This document shows positions 22,062-32,270 of a stretch of DNA of 64,000 nucleotides, in pieces; within the stretch, counting starts at the first letter, position 1; every line of letters begins with the position of its first letter. The translations under genes and the position numbers were made by a program. This DNA is from an uncultured Chloroflexia bacterium (GTDB lineage Bacteria; Chloroflexota; Limnocylindria; Limnocylindrales; CSP1-4). The notes under the pieces are model-generated. The model saw only the letters and a program-made list of their open reading frames with translations, did no database searches and was not told where the DNA came from. Location of the stretch: positions 300,300 through 364,299 of the forward strand of contig CAVYBB010000002.1 of NCBI GenBank assembly GCA_963766655.1. Direction: 5' to 3'.

Positions 22062-22961
22062 TCATTCGGTCTTCACCGCGTGACCGCCGAATTCGTTCCT
22101 CAACGCGGCCAGGACCTTCGCCCCATACGAATCCGGCTGGCGTGAACGGAAGCGCGTCAGCAGCGACAGCGTGATGACAGGCGCCGGAACGTCGTGGTCG
22201 ATCGCCTCCTGGACGGTCCAGCGACCCTCGCCCGAGTCCTCGACGAAGCCCTTGATGTGGTCGAGGTCCGGTCCGTTCGCCTTGAACGCCCGCGCGGCGA
22301 GCTCCAGTAGCCAGGACCGGACGACGGAGCCCTGCATCCAGAGATCTGCGATTCCGGCGAGGTCCAGCTCGTACTCGGACGCGTGCATGATCTCGAAGCC
22401 CTCGGCGTAGGCCTGCATCAGGCCGTACTCGATGCCGTTGTGGACCATCTTCACGTAGTGGCCCGCGCCCGCGCCGCCGACGTGGAGGTAGCCACCCTCC
22501 GGAGCGAGCGATCGGAAGATCGGCTCGAGTGGCTCCACGGCCTCTTGATCGCCCCCGACCATCAGGCAGTACCCGACCTGGAGTCCCCAGATGCCGCCGC
22601 TCGTCCCCGCGTCGATGTAGCGGATCTTCTTCGCCCCGAGATCGACGTGGCGGCGCTGGTCGTCGTGGAAGTTCGTGTTGCCCCCGTCGACGATCGTGTC
22701 GCCGGGCTCCAGGTGCTCGAGGAGCTCCGCGATCTGGGCCTCCGTCGCGTCGCCCGCGGGCACCATGACCCAGACGGCACGAGGCGCGGTCAGCTTCGAA
22801 ACGAGCTCCTCGATCGTGAAGGCGGCGATCGCGCCCTCGCCGGCGATCTCCCTGGTCTTCTCGGGCGTCCGGTTGTAGGCGACGACGTCGTGGCCGTCGC
22901 GGACGAGACGCCGGACCATGTTGGCGCCCATTCGACCGAGTCCGACAAAACCGATCTGCAT
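22062..22961 (-). CDS. gnd: 6-phosphogluconate dehydrogenase (decarboxylating), short ~300 aa form
   Basis: N-terminal Rossmann fold MQIGFVGLGRMGANM with a 6PGDH-like C-terminal domain. Confidence 0.8.
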   Translation of the reverse strand: MQIGFVGLGRMGANMVRRLVRDGHDVVAYNRTPEKTREIAGEGAIAAFTIEELVSKLTAPRAVWVMVPAGDATEAQIAELLEHLEPGDTIVDGGNTNFHDDQRRHVDLGAKKIRYIDAGTSGGIWGLQVGYCLMVGGDQEAVEPLEPIFRSLAPEGGYLHVGGAGAGHYVKMVHNGIEYGLMQAYAEGFEIMHASEYELDLAGIADLWMQGSVVRSWLLELAARAFKANGPDLDHIKGFVEDSGEGRWTVQEAIDHDVPAPVITLSLLTRFRSRQPDSYGAKVLAALRNEFGGHAVKTE

Positions 22962-23047
22962 CCTTGGCCTCCCAGTCAGGGTGATCGTGGCCCGAGCGCT
23001 CTCGTCATGTCGGCCGGCGCCGCCACGGCGCGCCGCCGCTCCTTCGT

Positions 23048-24835
23048 TCAGTCCGGGGCGAGTGCCGTCCTGAGAGCCGCCTCGAGGGTTGCGAGGTCTG
23101 ATTCCGGATCCGCAAGGTGGACCCGGACGATCGGCAGGTCGTGCGCCTCGATCGCCTCGAAGTCACCCTGTGCCTGGGCGTCGATGAGCTGGCCGAATGT
23201 GTACGGCCAGTCGGGGATCGGCCGATCGACCGGATGATCGGACGTCAGCTGGATGAACCAGCCGATGGGCGCTCCGCCCTTGTGCAGCTGGCCGGTCGAA
23301 TGGAGGAACCGCGGGCCGTAGCCGGCGGTCGTCGCGCAGCCCGTCGCGTCGCGGAGGAGGACGCGGATCCGGGCGAACGCCTCGTCGCGGGCGGCGGTCG
23401 GGGCGATGAAGGCCTGGATGGCGAGATACGCGTTCGGACGTCGGCGGGCGAGGTGACGGCGCAGTTCGCCGGCGAGCGTCTGGTCGCCGTTGGCACTGAG
23501 ACGGAGCGGCGCGTCGCCGTACAGCGAGATCCCGCCCGAAATCGCGATCGGCGTCGAGACCGCGACGTCGGTCGCCCTGCGGCTGCCACCGTCGCCATGG
23601 TGGGCAAGGAGTTCGCGGGTCCGGTTCTTCGCCTCCTCGACGTTCGGCTGATCGAACGGATCGATGCCGAGGACGACACCGGCGATCGCGGTGGCGACCT
23701 CCCAGCGGAAGGCTTCGGCCCCGATGTCGATCGGGTCGGCGAGGTCGATCCGGATGATCGGGTGACCGGCCGTTTCGAGCGCATCGGTCAGCCGGTTTGC
23801 CGCGTCGACTTCCGATCCACCGGCACCGGTCAGCCGGAGGCGAACGAAGATTCGATCGTTGCCGTAGACGGCGGCATCGCCGAGCGGCTCGCGGTCGATC
23901 GGGACGATGCCGACGCCGCGTTTGCCGGTGCTCTCGGCGATGAGCTGCTCCGCCCAGGCCCCGAACGCGGCGACCTCCGGGTCGGCGAGGAACGTCAGCT
24001 TGTCACGGCCCTCCCTGGCGAGCGTCCCGAGCGCCACGCCGAGGGCGACACCTGGGTTCCGGGTCGGCTCCGGCTCGCGGCAGGCGTCAACCATCGCCAG
24101 GCCGGACGCCAGGAGTGGGTCGAGGTCGAGCCCGATCAGCGAGGCCGGCACGAGCCCGACATAGGTCAGGGCCGAGTACCGTCCGCCGATGTCCGGCGGG
24201 TTGAGGAATACCTCCCGAAGGTCGTCGTGGTGCGGGATCGCCTCGACGCTCCTGCCGGGATCCGTGATCGCGACCATCAACTCGCCGGCGTGCTCGTTGC
24301 GCTGGGCGTGGTGCGCCCGGAGTGCCTTCTCGATCCGCTCCATGGCGTCGGCCTGGAAGGCGAGCGGCTCGGTCGTGGTGCCTGACTTGCTCGCGACGAT
24401 GAAGAGGGTGGCAAGCGGGTCGAGGTCGTCGACGATCGCGGCGACGGCTGCCGGATCGGTCGAATCGAGGACGCGCAGGGCGAGCCAGCCATCGGCGGAC
24501 CCGAACGTCCGGGCGAGGACGTCCGGGGCGAGGCTGCTGCCGCCCATCCCGGCGACGATCGCCGTCGTGAAGCCGGCGTCGCGGATCCCCTCGCCGAATC
24601 CTTCGAGGGCCGCGATCTGGGCGCTGAAATGGGCCGGCGCGTCGAGCCAGCCGAGGCGATCCGCGATCGCCGCCTGGACCCGCGAATCCGCCGACCAGAG
24701 ACTGGGATCGCGGGCGAACAGCCGCTCTGCCCAGGTCTCCTCGCGTGCTCGGTCGATCGCCTCCCGGTAGCCGGCCTCGGACGTGCCGAGGGCGAATTGG
24801 ATGGCGTCGGTCGGGGCTTCGATGGGATCTGGCAT
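23048..24835 (-). CDS. pgi: Glucose-6-phosphate isomerase
   Basis: SIS/PGI motifs SKSGTTTEP and DIGGRYSALT. Start at MPDPIEAPTD. Confidence 0.8.
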   Translation of the reverse strand: MPDPIEAPTDAIQFALGTSEAGYREAIDRAREETWAERLFARDPSLWSADSRVQAAIADRLGWLDAPAHFSAQIAALEGFGEGIRDAGFTTAIVAGMGGSSLAPDVLARTFGSADGWLALRVLDSTDPAAVAAIVDDLDPLATLFIVASKSGTTTEPLAFQADAMERIEKALRAHHAQRNEHAGELMVAITDPGRSVEAIPHHDDLREVFLNPPDIGGRYSALTYVGLVPASLIGLDLDPLLASGLAMVDACREPEPTRNPGVALGVALGTLAREGRDKLTFLADPEVAAFGAWAEQLIAESTGKRGVGIVPIDREPLGDAAVYGNDRIFVRLRLTGAGGSEVDAANRLTDALETAGHPIIRIDLADPIDIGAEAFRWEVATAIAGVVLGIDPFDQPNVEEAKNRTRELLAHHGDGGSRRATDVAVSTPIAISGGISLYGDAPLRLSANGDQTLAGELRRHLARRRPNAYLAIQAFIAPTAARDEAFARIRVLLRDATGCATTAGYGPRFLHSTGQLHKGGAPIGWFIQLTSDHPVDRPIPDWPYTFGQLIDAQAQGDFEAIEAHDLPIVRVHLADPESDLATLEAALRTALAPD

Positions 24836-25422
24836 CGCAGCCAATGGTAGCCCGTCCGGGTCAACGCCAAGAACATCGATTCCTGAGACTCGCAGCCGCT
24901 TGCGGTTCGTCGACCGGCCGACGCCCGCCAGGGCGCGGTCCGATCCCCACGGGTTTCCATTGGGAGAGGACGTCCATGGACGAATTGGTGCCCCACACAC
25001 CCCGACTTCCATTCCGGACGGAAAGCCGAGGGGCTGAGCGATCGGAAGGGTGCTGTCAGGCCACTCCTGTTCGCCGGGAGAGGAAATGCGCTGGGCTCAC
25101 CGGGCGGGCCGCGGTCCGTGGCGGCGCGCCCCACTCGTGCCGTCGCGCCGGCGCCGTCCGCGAGCCCGAATCGTGTCATATGTCCGCCTGGTGAACCTTG
25201 GGCGGACTGACCCGGTCGAATGCGGTCCTGCTGTGGCGGAATTAGTTGCGACGGGCTGACAGCGCCATGGATTCGCCTCCGCCGGGGTCCTCGTCGCCCG
25301 GAATCCGCGCCGAAGGTTCTCCCTGCGGACATATGGCATGGAACGGAGCCGCAGACCCGGAGCGGCGCTCCGCCACGCCGCGACCGCCGCAGCGCTCGCG
25401 CCGCCCCCGCGCCGACCAGTCC

Positions 25423-25878
25423 TCAGCCCGCGGCTTCGATCGCGTTCACCTTCGCGAGCCGGCGTCGATGGCGCGCCTCTCCGCTGAACCGGGCCGCGAG
25501 GAAGGCGACGCTGCACTCGTACGCGGGCTCCGGACCGATGACCCTCGCGCCGAGCGTCAGGACATTCATGTCGTCGTGCTCGACGCCCTGGTGGGCGGAG
25601 TACGTGTCGTGGCAGACCGCGGAGCGCACCCCGTGCATCTTGTTGGCGGCCACGCTTGCCCCGACACCGGAGCCGCAGATGAGGATCCCGCGGTCGGCGC
25701 TCCCGTCGCGGATCGCGAGCCCGAGCCGCTCGGCGTAGTCCGGGTAGTCGTCGTCGGGATCGGAGCCGTCACCACCCAGATCGATCAACTCGTGGCCCAG
25801 CCGTGCCGCGCCGAGCCGGCCGACCAGCTCGTCCTTCAGCGCGGCTCCCGCATGGTCCGCCGCGAACGCGACCCGCAT
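25423..25878 (-). CDS. rpiB: Ribose-5-phosphate isomerase B
   Basis: RpiB/LacAB family ([17 protein letters not shown] at the active site). Its ATG overlaps the tkt stop (TGATG). Confidence 0.85.
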   Translation of the reverse strand: MRVAFAADHAGAALKDELVGRLGAARLGHELIDLGGDGSDPDDDYPDYAERLGLAIRDGSADRGILICGSGVGASVAANKMHGVRSAVCHDTYSAHQGVEHDDMNVLTLGARVIGPEPAYECSVAFLAARFSGEARHRRRLAKVNAIEAAG

Positions 25879-28028
25879 CAGCTGTGCCCCGGATCCGAGC
25901 CGGATGTTCGCTCGACGCCCGGATCCCCGCCGGCAAGCGTCGGGTGGCCGCCACGTGGTGCCGGCAGATGCCCGGGCTCGAGGGTCGGTATCGGGCCGTG
26001 GACCCGCCCCGCGAGCACGTCGCGCGCGACGCCTGCAACGCGGTCCACCGTGAAGCCGAACTTCTCGAAGATCGTCCCGGCCGGCGCCGAGGCCCCGAAG
26101 TGATCCAGCCCGACGATCGCGCCTTCGTCGCCCACCCAGCGTTCCCATCCCTGTGAGACGCCCGCCTCGACCGCGACCCGCTTCCGGACGCCGGTCGGCA
26201 GGACGCTCTCGCGGTAGGCCGCGTCCTGGCGCTCGAACAGCTCCCAGCACGGCAGCGACACGACGCGGCTCGGGACGCCCTCCTTCTCGAGCACCTCCGC
26301 AGCGCCGAACGCGAGCTGCAGCTCGGACCCGGTCCCGATGAGGATCAGCCGAACGGAGTCGGCGCCGCCGGACGCCTCGCGAAGGATGTAGCCGCCACGC
26401 CGGACGCCCTCCCGGGCGAGGTCCGCCGTCCCGGGCAGGGTCGGCAGCTTCTGGCGCGTCAGCGACAGGCCGACCGGCCCCGACGGCGACTCGCCGCCGC
26501 GCTCCAGCGCGGCGGCCCAGGCGGCACTCGCCTCGTTCGCATCTCCGGGGCGGACGAACCACAGGTTCGGGATTGCCCGGAGCGCGGCGTAGTGCTCGAT
26601 CGGCTGGTGCGTCGGCCCGTCCTCGCCGAGCCCGATCGAGTCGTGCGTCCAGACGTAGAGGACGTGGAGGCCGCTGAGCGCCGCCAGCCGGACGGAACCG
26701 CGCATGTAGTCGCTGAAGGTCAGGAACGTGCCCGCGTACGGGATGAAGGCGCCGTGATAGGCGATCCCGTTGACGATCCCGCCCATGGCGTGCTCACGCA
26801 CGCCGAACCGGATGTTCCGACCGGCCTCGCCGGCCTGGAACTCGCCGGCGCCCTTGACGTCGGTCAGGTTCGACTCGGACAGGTCGGCCGCGCCGCCGAA
26901 CAGCTCCGGTACCGGGCCCGCCAGCGCCTGGATCGCATCCTGGCTCGCGTTGCGGGTCGCGACCTCCTCGCCGAGGGCGTACGTCTTGAGGCCGGCGTCC
27001 CAGCCGCCGGCGAGCCGTCCGTCAAGGCGCCGACGGAGCTCAGACGCGAGGTCGGGAAACGCGCCGGTATACGCGGCCATGCCCTCGTTCCAGGCCTCGA
27101 CGAGCGCCTCGCCCGCGGGGACGGCCCGGTGGAAGAGTTCGGCCGCCTCGTCCGGGACGTAGAAATCGCGATTCGGATCCCAGCCGTAGGCCTCCTTGAC
27201 GAGGCGGACCTCGTCCGCGCCGAGCGGCTGGCCGTGCGCCTTCTGGGTGTCCTGGCGATTCGGGCTGCCGAAGCCGATGTGCGTTCGGATCGCGATGAGC
27301 GACGGCCGCGGGTCCTCACGGGCGGCTTCGATCGCGCGGGCGATGGCCTCGACGTCGTTGCCGTCCTCGACGCGCTGGGTGTGCCACGGGTACGCGGCGA
27401 AGCGCGCGACGACGTCCTCCGACCAGGCCATCTTCGTCGGCCCGTCGAGCTGGATCCCGTTGTCGTCGTAGAGGGCGATCAGCTTGCCCAGCTGGAGATG
27501 ACCCGCCAGGGACGCCGCCTCGGACGCGATCCCCTCCTGGAGGTCGCCGTCGGAGCAGAGCGTGTACGTCCAGTGGTCGATCACGGGGTGACCGGGCCGG
27601 TTGAACTCGTGGGCGAGCCGCCGCTCCGCGATTGCCATGCCGACGGCGTTCGTAAAGCCCTGGCCGAGCGGTCCGGTCGTCGCCTCGACGCCCGGCGTGA
27701 GTCCGTACTCCGGGTGGCCGGGGGTTTTCGATCCCCACTGGCGGAACGCCTTCAGGTCGTCGAGGGATACGCCGTAGCCGGTCAGGTGGAGGAGCGAGTA
27801 GAGGAGCATCGAGGCGTGGCCCGCGGACAGGACGAACCGGTCGCGCTCCGGCCAGTCAGGGTGGGTCGGAGCGTGGCGGAGGAAGCGGGTCCAGAGGGTA
27901 TAGGCCATCGCCGCCGCGCCCATCGGTGCTCCCGGATGCCCGGAGTTCGCCTTCTGGACCCCGTCGATCGCGAGCGTCCGGATCGTGTCGATGGCGAGCT
28001 CGTCGAGGGACTTGGCAGCAACGGTCAT
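25878..28028 (-). CDS. tkt: Transketolase, with an unusual ~40 aa Pro/Gly-rich C-terminal extension
   Basis: Motifs GHPG, the TPP-binding GDG, and the C-terminal FGFTVD. About 40 residues of [16 protein letters not shown] follow the usual end of the protein. Confidence 0.9.
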   Translation of the reverse strand: MTVAAKSLDELAIDTIRTLAIDGVQKANSGHPGAPMGAAAMAYTLWTRFLRHAPTHPDWPERDRFVLSAGHASMLLYSLLHLTGYGVSLDDLKAFRQWGSKTPGHPEYGLTPGVEATTGPLGQGFTNAVGMAIAERRLAHEFNRPGHPVIDHWTYTLCSDGDLQEGIASEAASLAGHLQLGKLIALYDDNGIQLDGPTKMAWSEDVVARFAAYPWHTQRVEDGNDVEAIARAIEAAREDPRPSLIAIRTHIGFGSPNRQDTQKAHGQPLGADEVRLVKEAYGWDPNRDFYVPDEAAELFHRAVPAGEALVEAWNEGMAAYTGAFPDLASELRRRLDGRLAGGWDAGLKTYALGEEVATRNASQDAIQALAGPVPELFGGAADLSESNLTDVKGAGEFQAGEAGRNIRFGVREHAMGGIVNGIAYHGAFIPYAGTFLTFSDYMRGSVRLAALSGLHVLYVWTHDSIGLGEDGPTHQPIEHYAALRAIPNLWFVRPGDANEASAAWAAALERGGESPSGPVGLSLTRQKLPTLPGTADLAREGVRRGGYILREASGGADSVRLILIGTGSELQLAFGAAEVLEKEGVPSRVVSLPCWELFERQDAAYRESVLPTGVRKRVAVEAGVSQGWERWVGDEGAIVGLDHFGASAPAGTIFEKFGFTVDRVAGVARDVLAGRVHGPIPTLEPGHLPAPRGGHPTLAGGDPGVERTSGSDPGHS

Positions 28029-28155
28029 GGCGAGAGAGCTCCGCACGGGATCCAACGGGCGACACCTGAAAGTATAGGGTCGCGGACCGTCGGAGCCGAT
28101 CGGCGCCTGCCCGTGGAGCGGTCGCCGGTCGTCCGGACCGGGCTATCCTGCGAGC

Positions 28156-29103
28156 ATGCCCGGCACCGTTCGACGACGCCGCCCGAACGCACCGACGGTG
28201 ACCGTCGTCGGCGACCTCGTCCTCGACGTCGTCATCATGCCCGCGCAACCGCTCGAACGAGGAACGGACGTGCCGGGGCGGGTCGCCCTTCGCCAGGGCG
28301 GCTCGGCGGCGAACACCGCTCGGTGGCTTGCCAGGCTGGGCATCCGATCGACGCTCGTGACGGCAGTCGGTCGCGACTCGATCGGGCGGACGCTCATCGA
28401 GTCGCTCCGGGCCGACAAGGTCACGGTCCGGGCGATGAGGATCGCCGCCCGACCCTCGGGCCGGATCGGGGTCGTCGTGATGGTCGGCGGGGAACGTTCC
28501 TTTGTCGCCGACCGCGGCGCCGCCGACGAGCTCAGGCCCGACGATCTCAAGCCCGCCTGGTTCGCTGCCGACTTGCTCCACGTGCCGGCCTATTCGCTCA
28601 TCGGAGCGCCCCTCGGCGACGCGAGCCGGCGGGCGATCGCGCTGGCACGCTCGCAGGGAGCCGTCGTCAGCGTCGACCTCGCGTCGGCGGCGCCGCTCCT
28701 CGCGCACGGCCGGCGCGCCGCCCGGCGGCTCGTCGACGAGGCGGCCCCGGACATCCTGTTCGCGACCGCGGCGGAGGCCGAGGCGTATCTCGGCGGCTAC
28801 GACGTCGGCAGGCTCCTCGAGTCGGCTCCGCTCGCAGTCGTCAAGCGAGGTGCCGGAGGCGCCACCGTGCTCACCCACGGGCCGATGGGCCCGCTGCGAT
28901 TCGAGGTGGCCACGCCGCCGTTGACCTCGGCCGACACGACGGGCGCGGGCGACGCCTTCGATGCGGGCTTCATCGCGATGTTCCTGGCGTCGGCGCCCGA
29001 TGCCCGCACTCGCCCGGCCGCTCTCCGGCGGGCAGCGATGGCCGGCCATCGGGCGGCGGCCCGGCAACTCGCCACGGGCTCTCCTGAGCTCGTCCTGGGA
29101 TGA
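28156..29103 (+). CDS. PfkB-family carbohydrate kinase (pseudouridine kinase-like)
   Basis: PfkB signature DTTGAGDAF and the ribokinase fold. Translationally coupled (ATGA) to the downstream psuG. Confidence 0.7.
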   Translation: MPGTVRRRRPNAPTVTVVGDLVLDVVIMPAQPLERGTDVPGRVALRQGGSAANTARWLARLGIRSTLVTAVGRDSIGRTLIESLRADKVTVRAMRIAARPSGRIGVVVMVGGERSFVADRGAADELRPDDLKPAWFAADLLHVPAYSLIGAPLGDASRRAIALARSQGAVVSVDLASAAPLLAHGRRAARRLVDEAAPDILFATAAEAEAYLGGYDVGRLLESAPLAVVKRGAGGATVLTHGPMGPLRFEVATPPLTSADTTGAGDAFDAGFIAMFLASAPDARTRPAALRRAAMAGHRAAARQLATGSPELVLG

Positions 29104-30047
29104 TCGGCGAGCTGCTCCAGCTGACCGCCGAGGTGTCGGGCGCGCTGCGCGACCGGCGTCCGGTCGTCGCGCTCGAATCGACGCTGATCAGCCACGGACT
29201 TCCCTACCCGCAGAACCTCGAGGTCGCGCTCGCCTCGGAGGCCGCCGTCCGCGCCGCCGGTGCCGTGCCGGCGACGGTCGCGATTCGCGACGGGCGGCTG
29301 CTCGTCGGGCTCGACGAGCCGGCCCTGGCCGCGCTGGCCACCGCCCCGAAGGACGCCGTCCGGAAGGCGGCCCGGCCGAGCCTCGCCGTCGCACTCGCGG
29401 CGGGCGGCTGGGCGGCGACGACGGTCTCCGCGACGATGATCGCGGCCCGGGCGGCCGGGATCCGCGTCTTCGCGACCGGTGGGATCGGCGGTGTCCACCG
29501 GGGGGCGCTGGGTGTGTCCGCCGGCCGGCCGCCGTCGTTCGACATCTCATCCGATCTCGAAGAGCTGGCCAGGACGCCGATGGCTGTGGTCTGTGCCGGC
29601 CCGAAGGCGATCCTCGACGTCCCCGCCACGCTCGAGTACCTGGAGACGCGTGGCGTGCCTGTCGTGGCGGTCGGCCAAGAGGAACTGCCGGGGTTCTACG
29701 CCAGGACGCTCGGGGTCCCGGCGCCGATCTCGGTCGCGGATGTCGAAGCGGCGGCGCGGCTGGTCCATCTCCATCTCGGTCTCGGGCTTGGCAGCGCGAT
29801 CCTTGTCTGCGTGCCCGTCCCGGAGGCCGACGCGCTCCCGCCCGACGTTGCCCACACGGCGATCGAGCGCGCCATCGGCGATGCGGACGGCGCCCGGGTG
29901 GCCGGTCCGGCGCTCACGCCGTGGCTCCTGGGCCGGATCGCGGAGCTGACGGGCGGAGCCTCGATCCGCGCGAACACCGCGCTGATCGTCAACAACGCCC
30001 GGGCGGCGGGGGAGCTGGCCAGCCGGCTGGCGACTGCGGGGGAGTGA
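29100..30047 (+). CDS. psuG: Pseudouridine-5'-phosphate glycosidase
   Basis: Similarity to the PsuG/IndA family throughout its ~315 aa length. Confidence 0.75.
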   Translation: MIGELLQLTAEVSGALRDRRPVVALESTLISHGLPYPQNLEVALASEAAVRAAGAVPATVAIRDGRLLVGLDEPALAALATAPKDAVRKAARPSLAVALAAGGWAATTVSATMIAARAAGIRVFATGGIGGVHRGALGVSAGRPPSFDISSDLEELARTPMAVVCAGPKAILDVPATLEYLETRGVPVVAVGQEELPGFYARTLGVPAPISVADVEAAARLVHLHLGLGLGSAILVCVPVPEADALPPDVAHTAIERAIGDADGARVAGPALTPWLLGRIAELTGGASIRANTALIVNNARAAGELASRLATAGE

Positions 30048-30074
30048 CGCCGTCGAACCGCAAGGCCTCCCCGC

Positions 30075-30177
30075 GATGCCGTTGGCTGCATCAGTTGGGA
30101 GGGTCGGACCCGGCACAGCCTGAGCCCTGGCCCCGCCCTGGCCCCGCCCTGGCCCCGGTGATGCAACCAACGGCATC
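30075..30177. terminator. Long inverted repeat (19 bp arms, 1 mismatch) enclosing an 11 bp x3 tandem CCCTGGCCCCG
   Basis: Arm 1 GATGCCGTTGGCTGCATCA (30075-30093) and arm 2 TGATGCAACCAACGGCATC (30159-30177). The loop contains three tandem copies of ccctggccccg. It sits 28 nt downstream of the psuG stop. Confidence 0.5.
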
Positions 30178-30258
30178 AGCCAGACCCCGGACGATTTCGG
30201 CGCGGCGAGCGCGGCGTATACTCCGCGTCCCTCAAGCAGCACCCTCTCGGGGAGTCCT

Positions 30259-31392
30259 GTGTCCGGTTCGTCCCACACGCAGCCCCAGGCGCTCGCCATT
30301 GACGTCCGCGGGATCCGCCGCGTCTACAACGTCAAGCCCACGCCCGTCGTCGCCCTCCAGGGCGTCGATCTTGCCGTCGAGCCCGGTGAGTTCTTCGGGC
30401 TGCTCGGGCCGAACGGGGCGGGCAAGACGACCCTCATCAAGATCCTGACGACGCTCCTCCTGCCGACGAGCGGATCGGCGAGGATCTTCGGGTTCGACGT
30501 CGAGCGACAGACGAAGCAGATCCGCCGGATCATGAACATGGTCGCCGGCGGCGAGCAGTCGGGCTACGGAATCCTGACCGTGCGCGAGCAGCTCTGGATG
30601 TTCAGCCAGTTCTACGGCCTCCCGTCGAAGGACGGCTGGCGGCGCGTCGACGAGCTCGTTGACGCTGTCGGGCTCCAGGAGCAGAGGGTGCAGCGGGTCA
30701 GCACGCTGTCGACCGGCCAGCGGCAGAAGATGAACTTCGCCCGCGGCCTGCTGAATGATCCGTGGATCTTCTTCCTCGACGAGCCGACCCTCGGGCTGGA
30801 CGTCTCGGCCGCCCGCTCGGTCCGCGAGCTCGTCCTCGCCTGGAAGGGAGCGGTCCCGGGCAGGACGGTCCTCCTGACGACCCACTACATGGCCGAGGCC
30901 GACGAGCTGTGCGACCGGATCGCGATCGTCGACCACGGCCGGATCCTCGCCCTCGGCACGCCCGCCGAACTCAAGAAGCGGGTCCAGCGCGAGTCCGTCT
31001 TCCGTCTCGAGCTCGATCGGCTCGACGGTGGACCGGCGGTGCTCAGGCGACTCCCGGGGGTCCTGAGCGCAGTCGCCGTGGCCGCGCAGGCCGACAAGAG
31101 CGAGCGCCAGACGGTCGAGGTCAACCTCGCCCTGGAGGACGACGCGGCGCTCGGCGGTGTCGTCGGCGCGCTTGCCGGACTTGGCGCGCACATCCTCGCC
31201 CTCCGCAAGTTCGAGCCGTCGCTCGAGGACGTTTTCGTCGAGCTGGTCGGTCGCGGTTTCGACGAGGAGGCGTCGCAGGCAGAGGAAGCGGCTCACCCGA
31301 CGCACAGGGAGCCCCCGGCGCCCGACGACACGCCGGACCCGCGGAACACTGCCCACGAACGGGGCGAACGGGAAGAAGAGGCGCTCGTGTGA
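30259..31392 (+). CDS. ABC transporter ATP-binding protein (ABC-2/DrrA-like exporter)
   Basis: Walker A GPNGAGKTT, signature LSTGQRQK, Walker B FFLDEP. GTG start with GGGGAG as RBS. Confidence 0.8.
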   Translation: MSGSSHTQPQALAIDVRGIRRVYNVKPTPVVALQGVDLAVEPGEFFGLLGPNGAGKTTLIKILTTLLLPTSGSARIFGFDVERQTKQIRRIMNMVAGGEQSGYGILTVREQLWMFSQFYGLPSKDGWRRVDELVDAVGLQEQRVQRVSTLSTGQRQKMNFARGLLNDPWIFFLDEPTLGLDVSAARSVRELVLAWKGAVPGRTVLLTTHYMAEADELCDRIAIVDHGRILALGTPAELKKRVQRESVFRLELDRLDGGPAVLRRLPGVLSAVAVAAQADKSERQTVEVNLALEDDAALGGVVGALAGLGAHILALRKFEPSLEDVFVELVGRGFDEEASQAEEAAHPTHREPPAPDDTPDPRNTAHERGEREEEALV

Positions 31393-32270
31393 GCTCGCCC
31401 TTCGTCTTCCGCCCGACGGCGAGCCCGCAGGAAGCCGCCAACTGGTCTCGTCGCGACATCCTCGCGACGGACCTTCGCGCCGTCCGGGGACGCGCCTACC
31501 CGCGCGTGACGGGCATGTTCCGCGAGAAGAGCTGGGTATTCTTCGAGATCCTCCTCCCGTTCCTCGCGACCTCGGCGTTCGTCTTCGTCTACCAGGCCCT
31601 CCAGGCGCCGCCCGAGTACATCGGCTTCGTCGTGCTGGGTGGGGCGATGACGGCGTTCTGGCTGAACGTCATCTGGATGATGGCCCAGCAGCTCTGGTGG
31701 GAGAAGAGCCAGGGCAACCTCGAGCTCTACTTCGCCGCCCCGATGAACATCATGTCGGTGCTGTTCGGGATGGCCGTCGGGGGATTCGTGATGAGTTCCA
31801 CGCGCGCGGCGGTGGTGCTCGTCGCGGCGACGACCGTCTTCGGCGTCACGTTCGCGGTCGACCAGTGGCTGCTGCTGATCGGCGTCTTCCTGCTCACCCT
31901 CGCCGCCCTCTACGGGCTCGGGATGGTGCTCGCCAGCCTCTTCCTCATGTGGGGCCGCGAGGCGTGGCACCTCACCCAGCTCCTCATCGAGCCCGTCTAT
32001 TTCGTGTCGGGGCTGAACTTCCCAGTCGCGCGGCTGGGTGTCCTGGGCTCCGTCGCGATCTCGCTGCTGCCGCTCGCGGTCGGCCTCGACGCGATGCGCC
32101 AGCTAGCCTTTGCCGACGCCGCCTATCCGATCGGGACGCCGGGCCCTGAGGTCGAGGCACTGATCCTCGTGGCGATGACGGTCGTGTTCCTCCTCCTCGC
32201 TCGCTGGACCCTGCGGTCGCTCGAACGCCGCGCCCGCCAGGAGGGACGTCTCTCGGTGCGCTGGCAATGA
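31389..32270 (+). CDS. ABC-2 type transporter permease
   Basis: Six TM helices. Its GTG start overlaps the ATPase stop (GTGA). Confidence 0.7.
   Translation: MSSPFVFRPTASPQEAANWSRRDILATDLRAVRGRAYPRVTGMFREKSWVFFEILLPFLATSAFVFVYQALQAPPEYIGFVVLGGAMTAFWLNVIWMMAQQLWWEKSQGNLELYFAAPMNIMSVLFGMAVGGFVMSSTRAAVVLVAATTVFGVTFAVDQWLLLIGVFLLTLAALYGLGMVLASLFLMWGREAWHLTQLLIEPVYFVSGLNFPVARLGVLGSVAISLLPLAVGLDAMRQLAFADAAYPIGTPGPEVEALILVAMTVVFLLLARWTLRSLERRARQEGRLSVRWQ

Noticed and set aside
24745-25516. ORFs in the 590 bp rpiB-pgi gap (24745-25194 plus strand, 25097-25516 minus strand)
   Set aside because: They have no domain and Arg-rich junk composition. The gap is more likely a promoter or untranslated region.
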